From contig OY763415.1 of assembly GCA_963667565.1 (NCBI GenBank), positions 1,344,001 to 1,408,000 on the forward strand: a DNA stretch of 64,000 nucleotides. The letters run 5' to 3'. The translations under genes were made by a program, and so were the position numbers. The stretch comes from Acholeplasmataceae bacterium (lineage in GTDB: Bacteria > Bacillota_I > Bacilli_A > Acholeplasmatales > Acholeplasmataceae). The notes below the pieces were generated by a model that was not told the DNA's origin, made no database searches, and saw only the letters and a program-made list of their open reading frames with translations. Position 1 is the first letter of the stretch. Each line of letters begins with the position of its first letter. Below are positions 40,992 to 51,091 of the stretch, one piece after another.

Positions 40992-41107
40992 AAGAGATTA
41001 CACCTTCTTTTTTCATATACATATCTATTATACCCCTCTTATAAAAAAATAAAAAGTATACTAAAAAGGACTAAAATATACTTTTCATTTTTAATGATTA
41101 ATTTTTA

Positions 41108-41230
41108 ATAAAAAACAAAGAAAATTAGGAAAACATAGTGGAAATATTATGCGTTAGCATAAATTCCCCACCCTCAAACTATGAAAAACCCCAAGCTTTA
41201 TATAGCAGACACCATGCTTTCCATACTTCT
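41108..41230 (-). ncRNA. Candidate structured small RNA or leader
   Basis: TATAAT on minus at 41231-41236, a G-rich long hairpin (GTGG..TTATGC-TAAC-GCATAA..CCAC) and a U-rich tail. Confidence 0.3.
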
Positions 41231-41291
41231 ATTATAAAATGAAAAACATATAAAAAACAGGGCGGATATGTCCTATTTTTCACAAAATTAC

Positions 41292-41320
41292 AAAAAAATA
41301 GGGTTATTCGCCCTATTTTT
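41292..41320 (-). terminator. Terminator of the pdh operon; a second similar hairpin lies at 41252-41280
   Basis: AAAAATAGGG-loop-CCCTATTTTT just after the pdhD stop. Confidence 0.75.
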
Positions 41321-41322
41321 AC

Positions 41323-42690
41323 TTAAATGTGGATTGGTTTATCCACTGCACCATGTGCAGCTTCCATCACAATTTCAGATAGTGTTGGATGTGCATGAAT
41401 GGTATCAGCAATTTCATAGGCTGTACCTTCAAGTTTCATCGTTACACCAAGCTCAGCAATCAAATCTGAAGCGTTGTAACTAAAGATGTGAGCACCAAGT
41501 ATTTCTTTGTATTTTTTGCCAACTAGTAATTTAATAAATCCTTCTTTTTCACCATCAGCAACTGACTTACCAACACCTGCAATTGGGAAGGTAGATGCTG
41601 TGTATTCGACACCAGCTTCTTTAAGTGCTTTCTCTGTTTTACCAACAGATGCAATTTCAGGTTGTCCATAAACTGCATTAGGCACTTGATCATAATCCAT
41701 TTTAGCATCATGACCTAAAATATGTTCAATAGCAACTAACCCTTCATGGCTAGCCACATGTGCAAGCATGTATTTGCCATTTAAATCACCAATAGCATAA
41801 ACACCTTTTACGCTTGTTTCTAATTGATCATTCGTTTCTACTGATGCACGATCCATCTTAAGATTTAATGCTTCAAATCCTTTTGAATTTGCACGCATAC
41901 CCACAGAGACTAAAATCGTATCAGCTTCTACTTTTTCTTCTTTTCCATCTAATAGATAAGTAACAAATTTACCATCAACACCTTTAACTTCTGCACTTGT
42001 AAAGATTTTAATGCCATCTTTCTTAAGTGTTTTCGTATAAGCAGTTCTAATGTCATCATCCATCATCGGAAGAATACCATCAAGTTTTTCAATGATTGTG
42101 ACTTGTGATCCAAATGATGAGAATACAGTCGCAAACTCAACACCAATAACACCACCACCAATGATCACTAAGTTTTGTGGTACATGATCAATGGTAAGCA
42201 ATTCTCTACTTGTGACTGCAAATCCCTTTTCATATGCTTCTTGTAATCCAGGAATGGGTGGCACGATAGGAGATGCTCCTGTTGCAAGAATCAAGTTTTT
42301 TGTTTTTAACGTTTCACCATTGACTTCAACAGTTGACTTATCTTTAACAACACCTAATCCTTGATAAACTTCAACACCATTTTTCTTCAATAAAAAGCCA
42401 ACACCTGTTGTTAATTTTTTAACAACACTATTTTTTCTATCCATAATTGCTTTCCAGTCAAAACCCACTTCACTTGCTAAAAGACCATAATCTTTTGCAT
42501 GTAACATTTGTTTATACACTTTTGAGCTTTTTAACATGGCTTTTGTTGGAATACATCCGTGATTTAAACAAATCCCTCCAACAACTTCTTTTTCAACTAA
42601 AGCGGTTTTTAAACCTGATTGTGCAGATTTAATAGCTGCAACATATCCACCAGGTCCTCCGCCAATAATCACTACATCATAATTTTTCAT
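41323..42690 (-). CDS. pdhD: Dihydrolipoamide dehydrogenase (E3)
   Basis: GGGPGG, GGICLNHGCIPTK, HAHPTLSE; start moved to MKNYD. Confidence 0.95.
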   Translation of the reverse strand: MKNYDVVIIGGGPGGYVAAIKSAQSGLKTALVEKEVVGGICLNHGCIPTKAMLKSSKVYKQMLHAKDYGLLASEVGFDWKAIMDRKNSVVKKLTTGVGFLLKKNGVEVYQGLGVVKDKSTVEVNGETLKTKNLILATGASPIVPPIPGLQEAYEKGFAVTSRELLTIDHVPQNLVIIGGGVIGVEFATVFSSFGSQVTIIEKLDGILPMMDDDIRTAYTKTLKKDGIKIFTSAEVKGVDGKFVTYLLDGKEEKVEADTILVSVGMRANSKGFEALNLKMDRASVETNDQLETSVKGVYAIGDLNGKYMLAHVASHEGLVAIEHILGHDAKMDYDQVPNAVYGQPEIASVGKTEKALKEAGVEYTASTFPIAGVGKSVADGEKEGFIKLLVGKKYKEILGAHIFSYNASDLIAELGVTMKLEGTAYEIADTIHAHPTLSEIVMEAAHGAVDKPIHI

Positions 42691-42700
42691 ATCAATACCC

Positions 42701-43969
42701 TCACTGTACGAGTAATGAAAGCGGATTTGCAATAAGTTCCTTAAAGTAATTTAAGAATCTTCCTGCATCTGCACCATCAATAACTCTATGATCTACGGCT
42801 AGTGATAAAGGTAATGTATAAGCAGCTTTTAATTCACCATTAATGACCACTGCTTTTTGACTAATTTTACCAACACCTAAGATAGCAACTTCAGGATGAT
42901 TTATAATGGGTGTACCAAATGAGACATTAATAGCACCAAAGTTGGTGATACTAAATGTTGTGTTTTGTAAACGATCAAGTGCGACTTTACGTTCTTTAGT
43001 TGCTTGACCCACTTCACTAATCTCTTTAGCTAATCCAAAGAGTGTAAGCTCATCAGCATCTTTTATATTAGGTACAATCAATCCATCAGGTGTATCTACA
43101 GCCATACCTATATTATAAAACTTTTTAAGAACCATTTGTTCATTTTCTTGATCGAAACTTGCATTAAAGTATGGGAACTTCTTCAAAGTGAGTACTGCAG
43201 CTTTAAAAATAAATGCCATATATGTTAATTTAACATCTTCACCTTCAGCAAGTGGTTTTAAGTTTTTTCTAAGTTCAACAAGATCATCAACAATCACTTC
43301 ATCCATTAACACTGTATGAGGAATGACTTGTTTAGAGATCGTCATGGATTTAACAATGGCTTTTCTTAATCTTGAGATAGGAACAATCTCAACGTTTCCT
43401 TCTTTAGAAATCGTCACTTTAGGTGCAAGAACAGTTGATGTTGTTCCACCTTTTTGTTGTGCTGCTTTTTCAATATCTTCTGTTAAGACTCTACCGTTAA
43501 AACCAGAGCCATTCACCATTTGAATATCAACACCTAAATCTTTTGCTAACTTTCTAGCAACAGGTGTTGCAAGTACTTTCCCACTTGTATTCTTTGGTGC
43601 GACATGTTCGTGAACTTCAGTAGATGATTCAATCAAATCTGATGACACTTCAATTTCACCAATAACACCAGCAGCTTTTTCTTCACCTTCACCAAGAGCT
43701 TCTTTTGTCTCTGGTGCGCTAGCTTCATTTGCGCTACCATCATTGATGTCAATGATGATTTGACCAACAGTGATTTCTTCGCCTTCTTTAAAATATATTT
43801 TTGATACAGTACCATCCACTGGTGATGGTAATTCTGCATTGACTTTATCTGTTTCGACAATAACTAAAGTATCTCCATCTTTAACTTTGTCGCCTTCTTT
43901 GACTTTCCATTCTAAAATGGTACCTTCGTGGACACCTTCACCCACATCGGCAAATTTAAATTGATACAT
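42701..43969 (-). CDS. pdhC: Dihydrolipoamide acetyltransferase (E2)
   Basis: Lipoyl ETDKV, ATPVARKLA, DHRVIDG. Confidence 0.93.
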   Translation of the reverse strand: MYQFKFADVGEGVHEGTILEWKVKEGDKVKDGDTLVIVETDKVNAELPSPVDGTVSKIYFKEGEEITVGQIIIDINDGSANEASAPETKEALGEGEEKAAGVIGEIEVSSDLIESSTEVHEHVAPKNTSGKVLATPVARKLAKDLGVDIQMVNGSGFNGRVLTEDIEKAAQQKGGTTSTVLAPKVTISKEGNVEIVPISRLRKAIVKSMTISKQVIPHTVLMDEVIVDDLVELRKNLKPLAEGEDVKLTYMAFIFKAAVLTLKKFPYFNASFDQENEQMVLKKFYNIGMAVDTPDGLIVPNIKDADELTLFGLAKEISEVGQATKERKVALDRLQNTTFSITNFGAINVSFGTPIINHPEVAILGVGKISQKAVVINGELKAAYTLPLSLAVDHRVIDGADAGRFLNYFKELIANPLSLLVQ

Positions 43970-43983
43970 ATTTGTTTCCCTTT

Positions 43984-44961
43984 CTAAAACTCAACGACTT
44001 TTTTAATTTCAGCCGCGATTCTCTCAGGTTGAACAAATTGGAAATGTTCAGCTCTAGCTAGTGGCACAGTAATATCAAAACCTGTCACTCTTGTTGGTGC
44101 CGCTTCTAAATGTAAAAATGCTTTTTCATTCACTAGTGATATAAGTTCAGCACCTGGTCCATATGTTTTAACCGCTTCTTGAACAACCAAAAAGCGTCCT
44201 GTTTTTTTAACAGATTCAATAATGGTTTCTTCATCAATAGGATTAATAGTTCTTAGATCGATAAGTTCAACAGAGATATTGTCATTTTCTAATAACTTGA
44301 TGGCTTTTTGAGCTTCTCTCATCATTGCACCCCAAGCAACAACTGTAATATCAGTGCCTTGTTGAACAACTTTTGCTTTTCCAATTGGAATTCGATACAT
44401 TTCTTCAGGTACTTCTTGTTTACCTGAACGATAGAGTCTCTTAGGTTCCATAAAAATGACTGGATCATTATCTTCTATTGCAGAAATAAGTAATCCTTTT
44501 GCATCATATGGTGTTGATGGATAAACCACTTTTAATCCAGGCACATGTCCAAAGAAAGTTTCTAACGACTCACTATGGTGTTCTAAGGCTCTAATACCTC
44601 CACCCACAGGGAAACGTACAACAATCGGTAAATGATGTTTACCTCTTGAACGATTTCTATATCTTGCCATATGTGTAATAATTTCAGTAAATGCAGGGAA
44701 TGTAAATCCATCAAATTGGATTTCAGCAATCGGACGAAGTCCATTGATTGCCATACCTACTGCACTACCTGCAATTGCAGCTTCGGCAATCGGTGTATCG
44801 AAAACTCTATCTTCTCCATATTTTGCTTGAAGACCTGCAGTGACTCTAAAAACGCCACCTTCAAATCCAGTGTCTTCACCGAAGATAACAATACTTTGAT
44901 CATCTTCTAATTTTTGATCAAGCGCTTGATTAATTGCTGTTAATAAATTAATTGCAGCCAT
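43984..44961 (-). CDS. pdhB: Pyruvate dehydrogenase E1 beta
   Basis: GGVFR, DTPIAE, EHHSES, IDLRTI. Confidence 0.93.
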   Translation of the reverse strand: MAAINLLTAINQALDQKLEDDQSIVIFGEDTGFEGGVFRVTAGLQAKYGEDRVFDTPIAEAAIAGSAVGMAINGLRPIAEIQFDGFTFPAFTEIITHMARYRNRSRGKHHLPIVVRFPVGGGIRALEHHSESLETFFGHVPGLKVVYPSTPYDAKGLLISAIEDNDPVIFMEPKRLYRSGKQEVPEEMYRIPIGKAKVVQQGTDITVVAWGAMMREAQKAIKLLENDNISVELIDLRTINPIDEETIIESVKKTGRFLVVQEAVKTYGPGAELISLVNEKAFLHLEAAPTRVTGFDITVPLARAEHFQFVQPERIAAEIKKVVEF

Positions 44962-44962
44962 A

Positions 44963-46051
44963 TTATTTACCTCCCTCTTCTAAGAACTTCTTGTAGTTAT
45001 CATATTGTTCTTGTAATTGAGGTGTCATTTCTTCATAAGTGTATTTAAAGATGTCTAATAATTCAACATTGCCACCTTCAGCTTCAACTTTCTTAAATGT
45101 TTCAGTGACAAATTCAGTTTTTTCATCTTCTAATTTTTGTGCTTCTTCTTCAGTTAAATATTTCTTATCCATTAAATATTTCTTAAAACGAACAAGTGGA
45201 TCTTTGTTTGCCCATGATTCTTCTTCGTCTTTTGAACGATAAATGGATGGATCATCTGAAGTTGTATGAGGCCCCATACGATATGTATAAGCTTCAATTA
45301 AAACAGGTCCATTACCTTCTCTTGCATAATCAACTGCAGCCTTAGTAGCAACATACATCGCTAAAATATCATTTCCATCAACTTGAATACCTGGAATACC
45401 AAAAGCAACCGCTTTTTGAGCAAGTGTCTTCGCTTTAGTTGCTTTCTTTCTTGGTGTTGAAATCGCATATTGATTATTTTGGATTAAAACAACAAGTGGT
45501 GCATCATATGTAGCAGCAAAATTAAGCCCCTCATAAAACTCACCATGTGATGTACCACCATCACCGATGCTTGCTAATGTGACTTCGTTTTTCTTTAAGA
45601 TTTTTGATGCATAAGCGAGCCCTGCACCGTGATTAATTTGTGAACCGATAATGATATTAACTGGTAACACTTTAACATCATCATTAAAATGACTACCCCA
45701 TTCATTACCATACCAGTATAGGTAAATTTGTTCCAAAGTTACACCGCGATAAAGCATTAAATTTAATTCTCTAAATGCAGGTGAAACCCAATCTTGTGGC
45801 TCAAGTGCTGCAGCAGCACCTAATTGAGCAGCTTCTTGCCCTCTATTTGGAGCATAAGTAAGCATACGTCCTTGACGTTGATATTGTAGTGCTTTAATGT
45901 CGGCTACACGACCTAAAACCATTGTCTCATATAATTTGAGCAATGTTTTTTTATCTAATTTTGGCTCTAAATCCTTTGAAACGATTTTACCTGTCTCATC
46001 TAAGATTTGTAATTGTTCGCCTTTAAGTGGATCATATGAATTGAATAACAT
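44963..46051 (-). CDS. pdhA: Pyruvate dehydrogenase E1 alpha
   Basis: GDGGTS...NNQYAIS TPP motif, RMGPHTTSDDP; start moved to MLFNS after AGGAGG. Confidence 0.93.
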   Translation of the reverse strand: MLFNSYDPLKGEQLQILDETGKIVSKDLEPKLDKKTLLKLYETMVLGRVADIKALQYQRQGRMLTYAPNRGQEAAQLGAAAALEPQDWVSPAFRELNLMLYRGVTLEQIYLYWYGNEWGSHFNDDVKVLPVNIIIGSQINHGAGLAYASKILKKNEVTLASIGDGGTSHGEFYEGLNFAATYDAPLVVLIQNNQYAISTPRKKATKAKTLAQKAVAFGIPGIQVDGNDILAMYVATKAAVDYAREGNGPVLIEAYTYRMGPHTTSDDPSIYRSKDEEESWANKDPLVRFKKYLMDKKYLTEEEAQKLEDEKTEFVTETFKKVEAEGGNVELLDIFKYTYEEMTPQLQEQYDNYKKFLEEGGK

Positions 46052-46240
46052 AGAATACCCTCCTTTAACACCTTGATTATACTCATTCAAGCAACCTCAT
46101 TCAAAAGGTTTGCTTATGAAAACGCTAAATTCTAAGTAGTTTATAAAAGGTATATTCTAGAAAGCAAAAAGTCCATTGGTTAGGACTTTTCATCATATAT
46201 ATAAGACTATTGGTTTATGTCTTATTTATTCAAATAAATA

Positions 46241-46266
46241 AAAAAAGAGCATCTAAATGCTCTTTA
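46241..46266 (-). terminator. Terminator of the lipoprotein gene
   Basis: AAAGAGCAT-CTAA-ATGCTCTTT with U-tract on minus. Confidence 0.7.
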
Positions 46267-46273
46267 TGTGTTG

Positions 46274-47428
46274 TTAGAAAATCTTATCAATGATTTTAGG
46301 ATATTGATTGAAATATTCCAAATATGCTTGATATTCTAATATTTCATTTAAAAATTCGAGTGTATCAACATATGAGTCATAATCGGTTTTCAAGTTCGTA
46401 TATGTAGCTAATAATATTGTTATATCCACTAGTTGATCATCTATAAATATTGTTGGTAAATTTAATGTCACATCTTCAAGCGTATACATTTGATAAAAAC
46501 CAGAATTCATGACAAGATATGGATATTCTGTATGAATTGCTTGCCCTTGATTATAAAATGCATATGAAAAGCCTAAACCATTAACTTGAATTAATTGATC
46601 CCAATCACTTAACAATAAAACATTAAATGCTAATTGATTTGGTCTGTCACTTTGCTCAAGATAACTTAATTGACGATAGCCATTAAGATTTTGTTGATAA
46701 ATGCTAAGGTAGGTCATTGTGTCTTTTGTAAATGAAATATCGAAATTGACTTCATTACTATAATATTTAACATGTCTGTCATAATCTTCACTGAGATAAT
46801 TATAATACCTTTCAAATACAACTGTGTCATTTTGAGTATCTCTATATGAAGTTTCAAAATCATCATTATTGATTTGTGATTCTTTGTAATAACTACCTTC
46901 CAAATATTGAATGAGATCGTAATACTTAGTAATGTTATAATAACTAAAATATTCACAATACACCAATCCTTCTGCAGTTGTAGTTATAAAAAATTGATAA
47001 TAATCTGTAGAGCAAACTTGTGTCATTCTAAATGAAGTTCCATCATACTCCACTTTTATAGTAACATCTCCAATTTCAAATTCATTTGAAATATCAATCT
47101 GATCTCCTAATAAGAAAATATCAACCATTTGATCATCCATATATTTGATCAATGAATCAAAGTACAATTTTGTTCTTACTGTAGTTGCATTCAATGATGT
47201 TTCTAGTTGATTTCTATTAATTTCACTTCCGCTTGGTTTATCAATTGAAACTTCTTTAAACCCATCTGTCAAGCCCTGCTTTAAATTTGAGAGATATGCA
47301 TTGAACTCAGTTATATTGATGGAATCGTTAGAATCAATGTCCATTGTAGATAGTGGATCACTTTTTTTGCATGAAGCCAAAAAGACCATCAACAATAAAA
47401 TGGTGAATACGCTCAATAACTTCTTCAT
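46274..47428 (-). CDS. Hypothetical lipoprotein with an EF-hand-like loop
   Basis: Lipobox LASC; DIDSNDSINITEF. Confidence 0.8.
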   Translation of the reverse strand: MKKLLSVFTILLLMVFLASCKKSDPLSTMDIDSNDSINITEFNAYLSNLKQGLTDGFKEVSIDKPSGSEINRNQLETSLNATTVRTKLYFDSLIKYMDDQMVDIFLLGDQIDISNEFEIGDVTIKVEYDGTSFRMTQVCSTDYYQFFITTTAEGLVYCEYFSYYNITKYYDLIQYLEGSYYKESQINNDDFETSYRDTQNDTVVFERYYNYLSEDYDRHVKYYSNEVNFDISFTKDTMTYLSIYQQNLNGYRQLSYLEQSDRPNQLAFNVLLLSDWDQLIQVNGLGFSYAFYNQGQAIHTEYPYLVMNSGFYQMYTLEDVTLNLPTIFIDDQLVDITILLATYTNLKTDYDSYVDTLEFLNEILEYQAYLEYFNQYPKIIDKIF

Positions 47429-47483
47429 TTATAATTCCCCCTTACAAGAATTTTTAATACATTTATTATATCATATGAAAAAG

Positions 47484-47510
47484 AAAAAAGAACACCTAGA
47501 TGTTCTTCAT
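47484..47510 (-). terminator. Terminator of speA-speB
   Basis: AAGAACA-CCTAGA-TGTTCTT with U-tract on minus. Confidence 0.65.
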
Positions 47511-48385
47511 CATTTCACTAAATTTTTTTGAAGTAACAAAACCATTTCTCTAAGTGATTTAGCAGCAACCGCAGTTGATGCTCCACTTGGATCTATCATC
47601 GGTGCTAACTCTACAATATCTGCACCAACTAAATGATTAAGTTTTTCAAATTGGTCAAATGCCCATAATAAATCTTTATATTGCATACCACCTGGTTCAG
47701 GTGTACCTGTACCAGGGAAAACACCTGGATCTAACACATCTAAATCAATCGTGATATATACAGGTTTATCTTTAAGTGCTTCTACTGTTTTATCTAAACC
47801 TTCAAAATCAAATTTACGCATGTTAATGTGTCCACTATTAGCCCAAACAAATTCAGGTTTTTCACCACTTCTAATACCAAACTGATTAATCTTCCCATCA
47901 CCAACAAATGCATGAACATGTCTCATGAATGTCGCGTGAGATAATTCTCTACCAAAAAAGGACTGTCTTAAATCAGTGTGTGCATCTAAATGAATGATAT
48001 GTAAATCTGGATATTTCTCAAACACAGCTTTTATCACTGGATAACTCACCAAATGTTCACCACCAACCATCATTGGTGTTTTACCATCACTTAAGATTTG
48101 TTTAGTTGTTTGATAAACAACATCAAGTGCATCTTCAACTGCACCAATAGGTAAATCTAGATCACCGATATCTGCTGTTTTATAATCATTTAAATCAGCA
48201 TCTCTATAAGGTGAATACCATTCAACACCAAAAGAATCTACGCGAATAGCATTTCCTGCAAAACGTGTTCCTGGTCTAAATGATGTCGTCGCATCCATAG
48301 GTACACTAAAGATAACAACATCTGCTTCTTGATATTCTGCTTTACAACTTTGGAATGATAAATCTACTTTATTCATCATCGTCAC
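47510..48385 (-). CDS. speB: Agmatinase
   Basis: GGEH, DAHTD, DLDVLDP, PGTGTPEPGG; downstream of a basic amino acid decarboxylase. Confidence 0.9.
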   Translation of the reverse strand: MTMMNKVDLSFQSCKAEYQEADVVIFSVPMDATTSFRPGTRFAGNAIRVDSFGVEWYSPYRDADLNDYKTADIGDLDLPIGAVEDALDVVYQTTKQILSDGKTPMMVGGEHLVSYPVIKAVFEKYPDLHIIHLDAHTDLRQSFFGRELSHATFMRHVHAFVGDGKINQFGIRSGEKPEFVWANSGHINMRKFDFEGLDKTVEALKDKPVYITIDLDVLDPGVFPGTGTPEPGGMQYKDLLWAFDQFEKLNHLVGADIVELAPMIDPSGASTAVAAKSLREMVLLLQKNLVK

Positions 48386-49856
48386 CTTCCCATTTTATCC
48401 ATTCTTCTTTATCAATAACTTTTATATATCCTGATTCAGTATCACTTAAGATTGTAGAACCATTCTTTTTATAAAACTCAAAATCATCTAAAATATCTTG
48501 ACTAATAATTTCTCCTGGAATCACAATTGGGATTCCTGGAGGATAAATCATCACAGATTCAGCAACAATCTCATCAACTGATTCTTCTAATAACACATAT
48601 TTCTTAGGTGCGTGATATGCCTCTCTAGGTCTAGTATATGCATCTGGATATCTATAATTCATCTTAGGCTTAATCACATCAAGTTTCATCGGTGCATATT
48701 TATCACTTAATTTTTGAAGTCCAAATACTAAATGATCTAAATCTTCTTGTGTTGTAGCAAGTGATAATACTGCTAAGACTAAGTGTGTTTCTGCAAGTTC
48801 AAATTGAATACGATGTTCATCAAATAACTCTTGATATGCAGTAAATCCAGTAATGCCTAAATCAGTGACTTTCACTAAGATTTTTGTTTCATCATAATCG
48901 GTTGCACCCATTTTGATGAAATCTTCTTTGACTAATGCTTTTAAACCATCAATTTGATTGATCTTATCGCGTGTTTCTTTTGCCATCTCAATGACATGAC
49001 TAATTTTAGCCTCACCATTAAAATAGATATACTTTCTAGCAACATCTAAACTTGCAAGTAACAAACTACTTGGAGATGTTGATTGAATCATATTAATCGT
49101 TGATCGTAATCTTAAGTGATCAATGCGATCACCTTGAGCAATCAAAATTGAACTTTGAGTGAGTGAGCCAACAGTTTTATGAAGTGAACATGATGCAATA
49201 TCAGCGCCTGCATGCATAGAACATACGGGTAATGACTCACAAAAAGGGAAATGTGACCCATGTGCTTCATCGACCATCACCATCATGTCATGTTCATGTG
49301 CATACTTCGTAATTTCTTCTAGTTCTGATGTAACTCCATAATATGTGGGGTTAATCACGAATACTGCTTTAGCATCTAAGTTTTCATCTATGGCTTGTTT
49401 AACTTCATCTAAAGGCATGTGATTTGCAATCCCTAGTTTAGGATCGATATATGGTTTCACAAATATAGGTACAGCACCACTTAAAATAAGTGCGTTAATT
49501 GCTGATTTATGTACATTTCTTGGTAATATAATTTTTTCTTTTGCTCGACATGTAGACATAATCATCGATAATATCCCCATGGTCGTCCCACCTGTTAAAA
49601 AATATGCTTGTTCAGCACCAAATGCATCTGCCATAAGTGCTGCAGCTTCCATAATGACACCTTTAGGCCTATTTAAATTATCTAATCCTCTTGGTGCATT
49701 TGCATCAAGTTTCATTAAATTCAAACCTGCATAATCAGTTAATTCATTACTTATTTGTCCCAGTTTATGTCCTGGAACATCATGCTTTACAACATCGCTT
49801 TTAGCATACGCCTCTAATTTTGTATAAAACGGTGTTTTTGAATGATCAAATTGCAT
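48369..49856 (-). CDS. speA: Orn/Lys/Arg decarboxylase class I, probably arginine decarboxylase
   Basis: HDVPGHK, PRNVHKS, VDEAHG, SLHKT PLP lysine, YPPGIP; overlaps speB. Confidence 0.8.
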   Translation of the reverse strand: MQFDHSKTPFYTKLEAYAKSDVVKHDVPGHKLGQISNELTDYAGLNLMKLDANAPRGLDNLNRPKGVIMEAAALMADAFGAEQAYFLTGGTTMGILSMIMSTCRAKEKIILPRNVHKSAINALILSGAVPIFVKPYIDPKLGIANHMPLDEVKQAIDENLDAKAVFVINPTYYGVTSELEEITKYAHEHDMMVMVDEAHGSHFPFCESLPVCSMHAGADIASCSLHKTVGSLTQSSILIAQGDRIDHLRLRSTINMIQSTSPSSLLLASLDVARKYIYFNGEAKISHVIEMAKETRDKINQIDGLKALVKEDFIKMGATDYDETKILVKVTDLGITGFTAYQELFDEHRIQFELAETHLVLAVLSLATTQEDLDHLVFGLQKLSDKYAPMKLDVIKPKMNYRYPDAYTRPREAYHAPKKYVLLEESVDEIVAESVMIYPPGIPIVIPGEIISQDILDDFEFYKKNGSTILSDTESGYIKVIDKEEWIKWEGDDDE

Positions 49857-50003
49857 GTATCAACCCACCTTTCATAAGCCATATATATTTTATCATGTTT
49901 AATTTTTTTTATATATGATTTTATACATTTTATTTTAGTCACTATGACCCCATAAAATGTATTTTTATGTTATCATAAATGATATAGAGGAAGGAGTGTT
50001 ATT

Positions 50004-51050
50004 ATGTTTATCAAAATCTTACTCGCTAACACTTTACACAACGTACTTCTCACCTTAGGTATTGTTATTGCATTAGTTGGTATATTCTTAATTTCACATT
50101 TAATTAATTTAAAATATTCAAAAAAAGGTCGCTCTATTATATTAGGTGTATCTTATTTTATTAGTTTTATTGCATTAGTTGGCTCAACAGTTTTCTTATT
50201 ATGGACATGGAATTTTCCACTTGATCAGTATTTTACCAATCTTGGGACAAATCTTTCATCTGTTTTAGCAGATAGTATCGGTCTCATGGTTTCAACTGCT
50301 TTAGTCATCTTTATTGCCTTATTCGTTTTAAAGATTGCTAAACTTAGCATCTCTAGACTTGGTAATAAACCCACAGCCTCACAAAAGCGTAAAAAAACAA
50401 TTGCCAAACTACTCCAAAGTGTCTTAAAATATGGTATTTGGCTTATTACAATATTGATTGTTCTTTCTATTTGGGGCGTCAATGTAGGTCCTGCACTTGC
50501 TGGTTTAGGTATTGCTGGTTTAGTGATTGGTCTTGGTGCTCAAAAATTCATCAATGACTTAATTAATGGTTTATTCATTATCTTTGAACAACATTTTGAT
50601 GTTGGTGACATCATTGAAACCAACGGTTTTAGAGGTGAAGTTACAGATATTGGTTTAAAAACAACAAAGATTAAAAACTGGAAAGGTGAAGTGAAAATTT
50701 TAGCAAACGGTGAAATCACTGATGTTCTTAACTGTTCAAGAAATGCTTCAATCGCTATTGTTGATTTCGGTGTCGCTTATGGTGAAAACATCCAAGAAGT
50801 GATTGACTTATTAAATGCTAAACTTCCAGATTTTAGAAAACTATTTTCAGACATTATTATTGAGGATCCTCAATGTTTAGGTGTGATGGAGCTATCTGAT
50901 AGCAGCGTTAATTTAAGAGCCATCGCTAAAACACTTAATAATCAACATTATGCTATTGAAAGAAATTTAAGAACATTTATTAAACATATATTAGATGAAA
51001 ATGGTATCGAAATTCCATTCCCACAAGTCGTGGTTCACGAAGCTAAATAA
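50004..51050 (+). CDS. MscS-family mechanosensitive channel
   Basis: LAGLGIAGLVIGLGAQ, FDVGDII, GIEIPFPQ. Confidence 0.92.
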   Translation: MFIKILLANTLHNVLLTLGIVIALVGIFLISHLINLKYSKKGRSIILGVSYFISFIALVGSTVFLLWTWNFPLDQYFTNLGTNLSSVLADSIGLMVSTALVIFIALFVLKIAKLSISRLGNKPTASQKRKKTIAKLLQSVLKYGIWLITILIVLSIWGVNVGPALAGLGIAGLVIGLGAQKFINDLINGLFIIFEQHFDVGDIIETNGFRGEVTDIGLKTTKIKNWKGEVKILANGEITDVLNCSRNASIAIVDFGVAYGENIQEVIDLLNAKLPDFRKLFSDIIIEDPQCLGVMELSDSSVNLRAIAKTLNNQHYAIERNLRTFIKHILDENGIEIPFPQVVVHEAK

Positions 51051-51077
51051 AAAACGAGGTGATTTTCACCTCTTTTT
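51051..51077 (+). terminator. Intrinsic terminator
   Basis: GAGGTGA-TTT-TCACCTC-TTTTT. Confidence 0.7.
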
Positions 51078-51091
51078 CTTAGGAGATATAT

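Noticed and set aside
46117..46130. cre-like site TGAAAACGCTAAAT upstream of pdhA
   Set aside because: Right half departs from the CcpA consensus and no cognate regulator is visible in the window.
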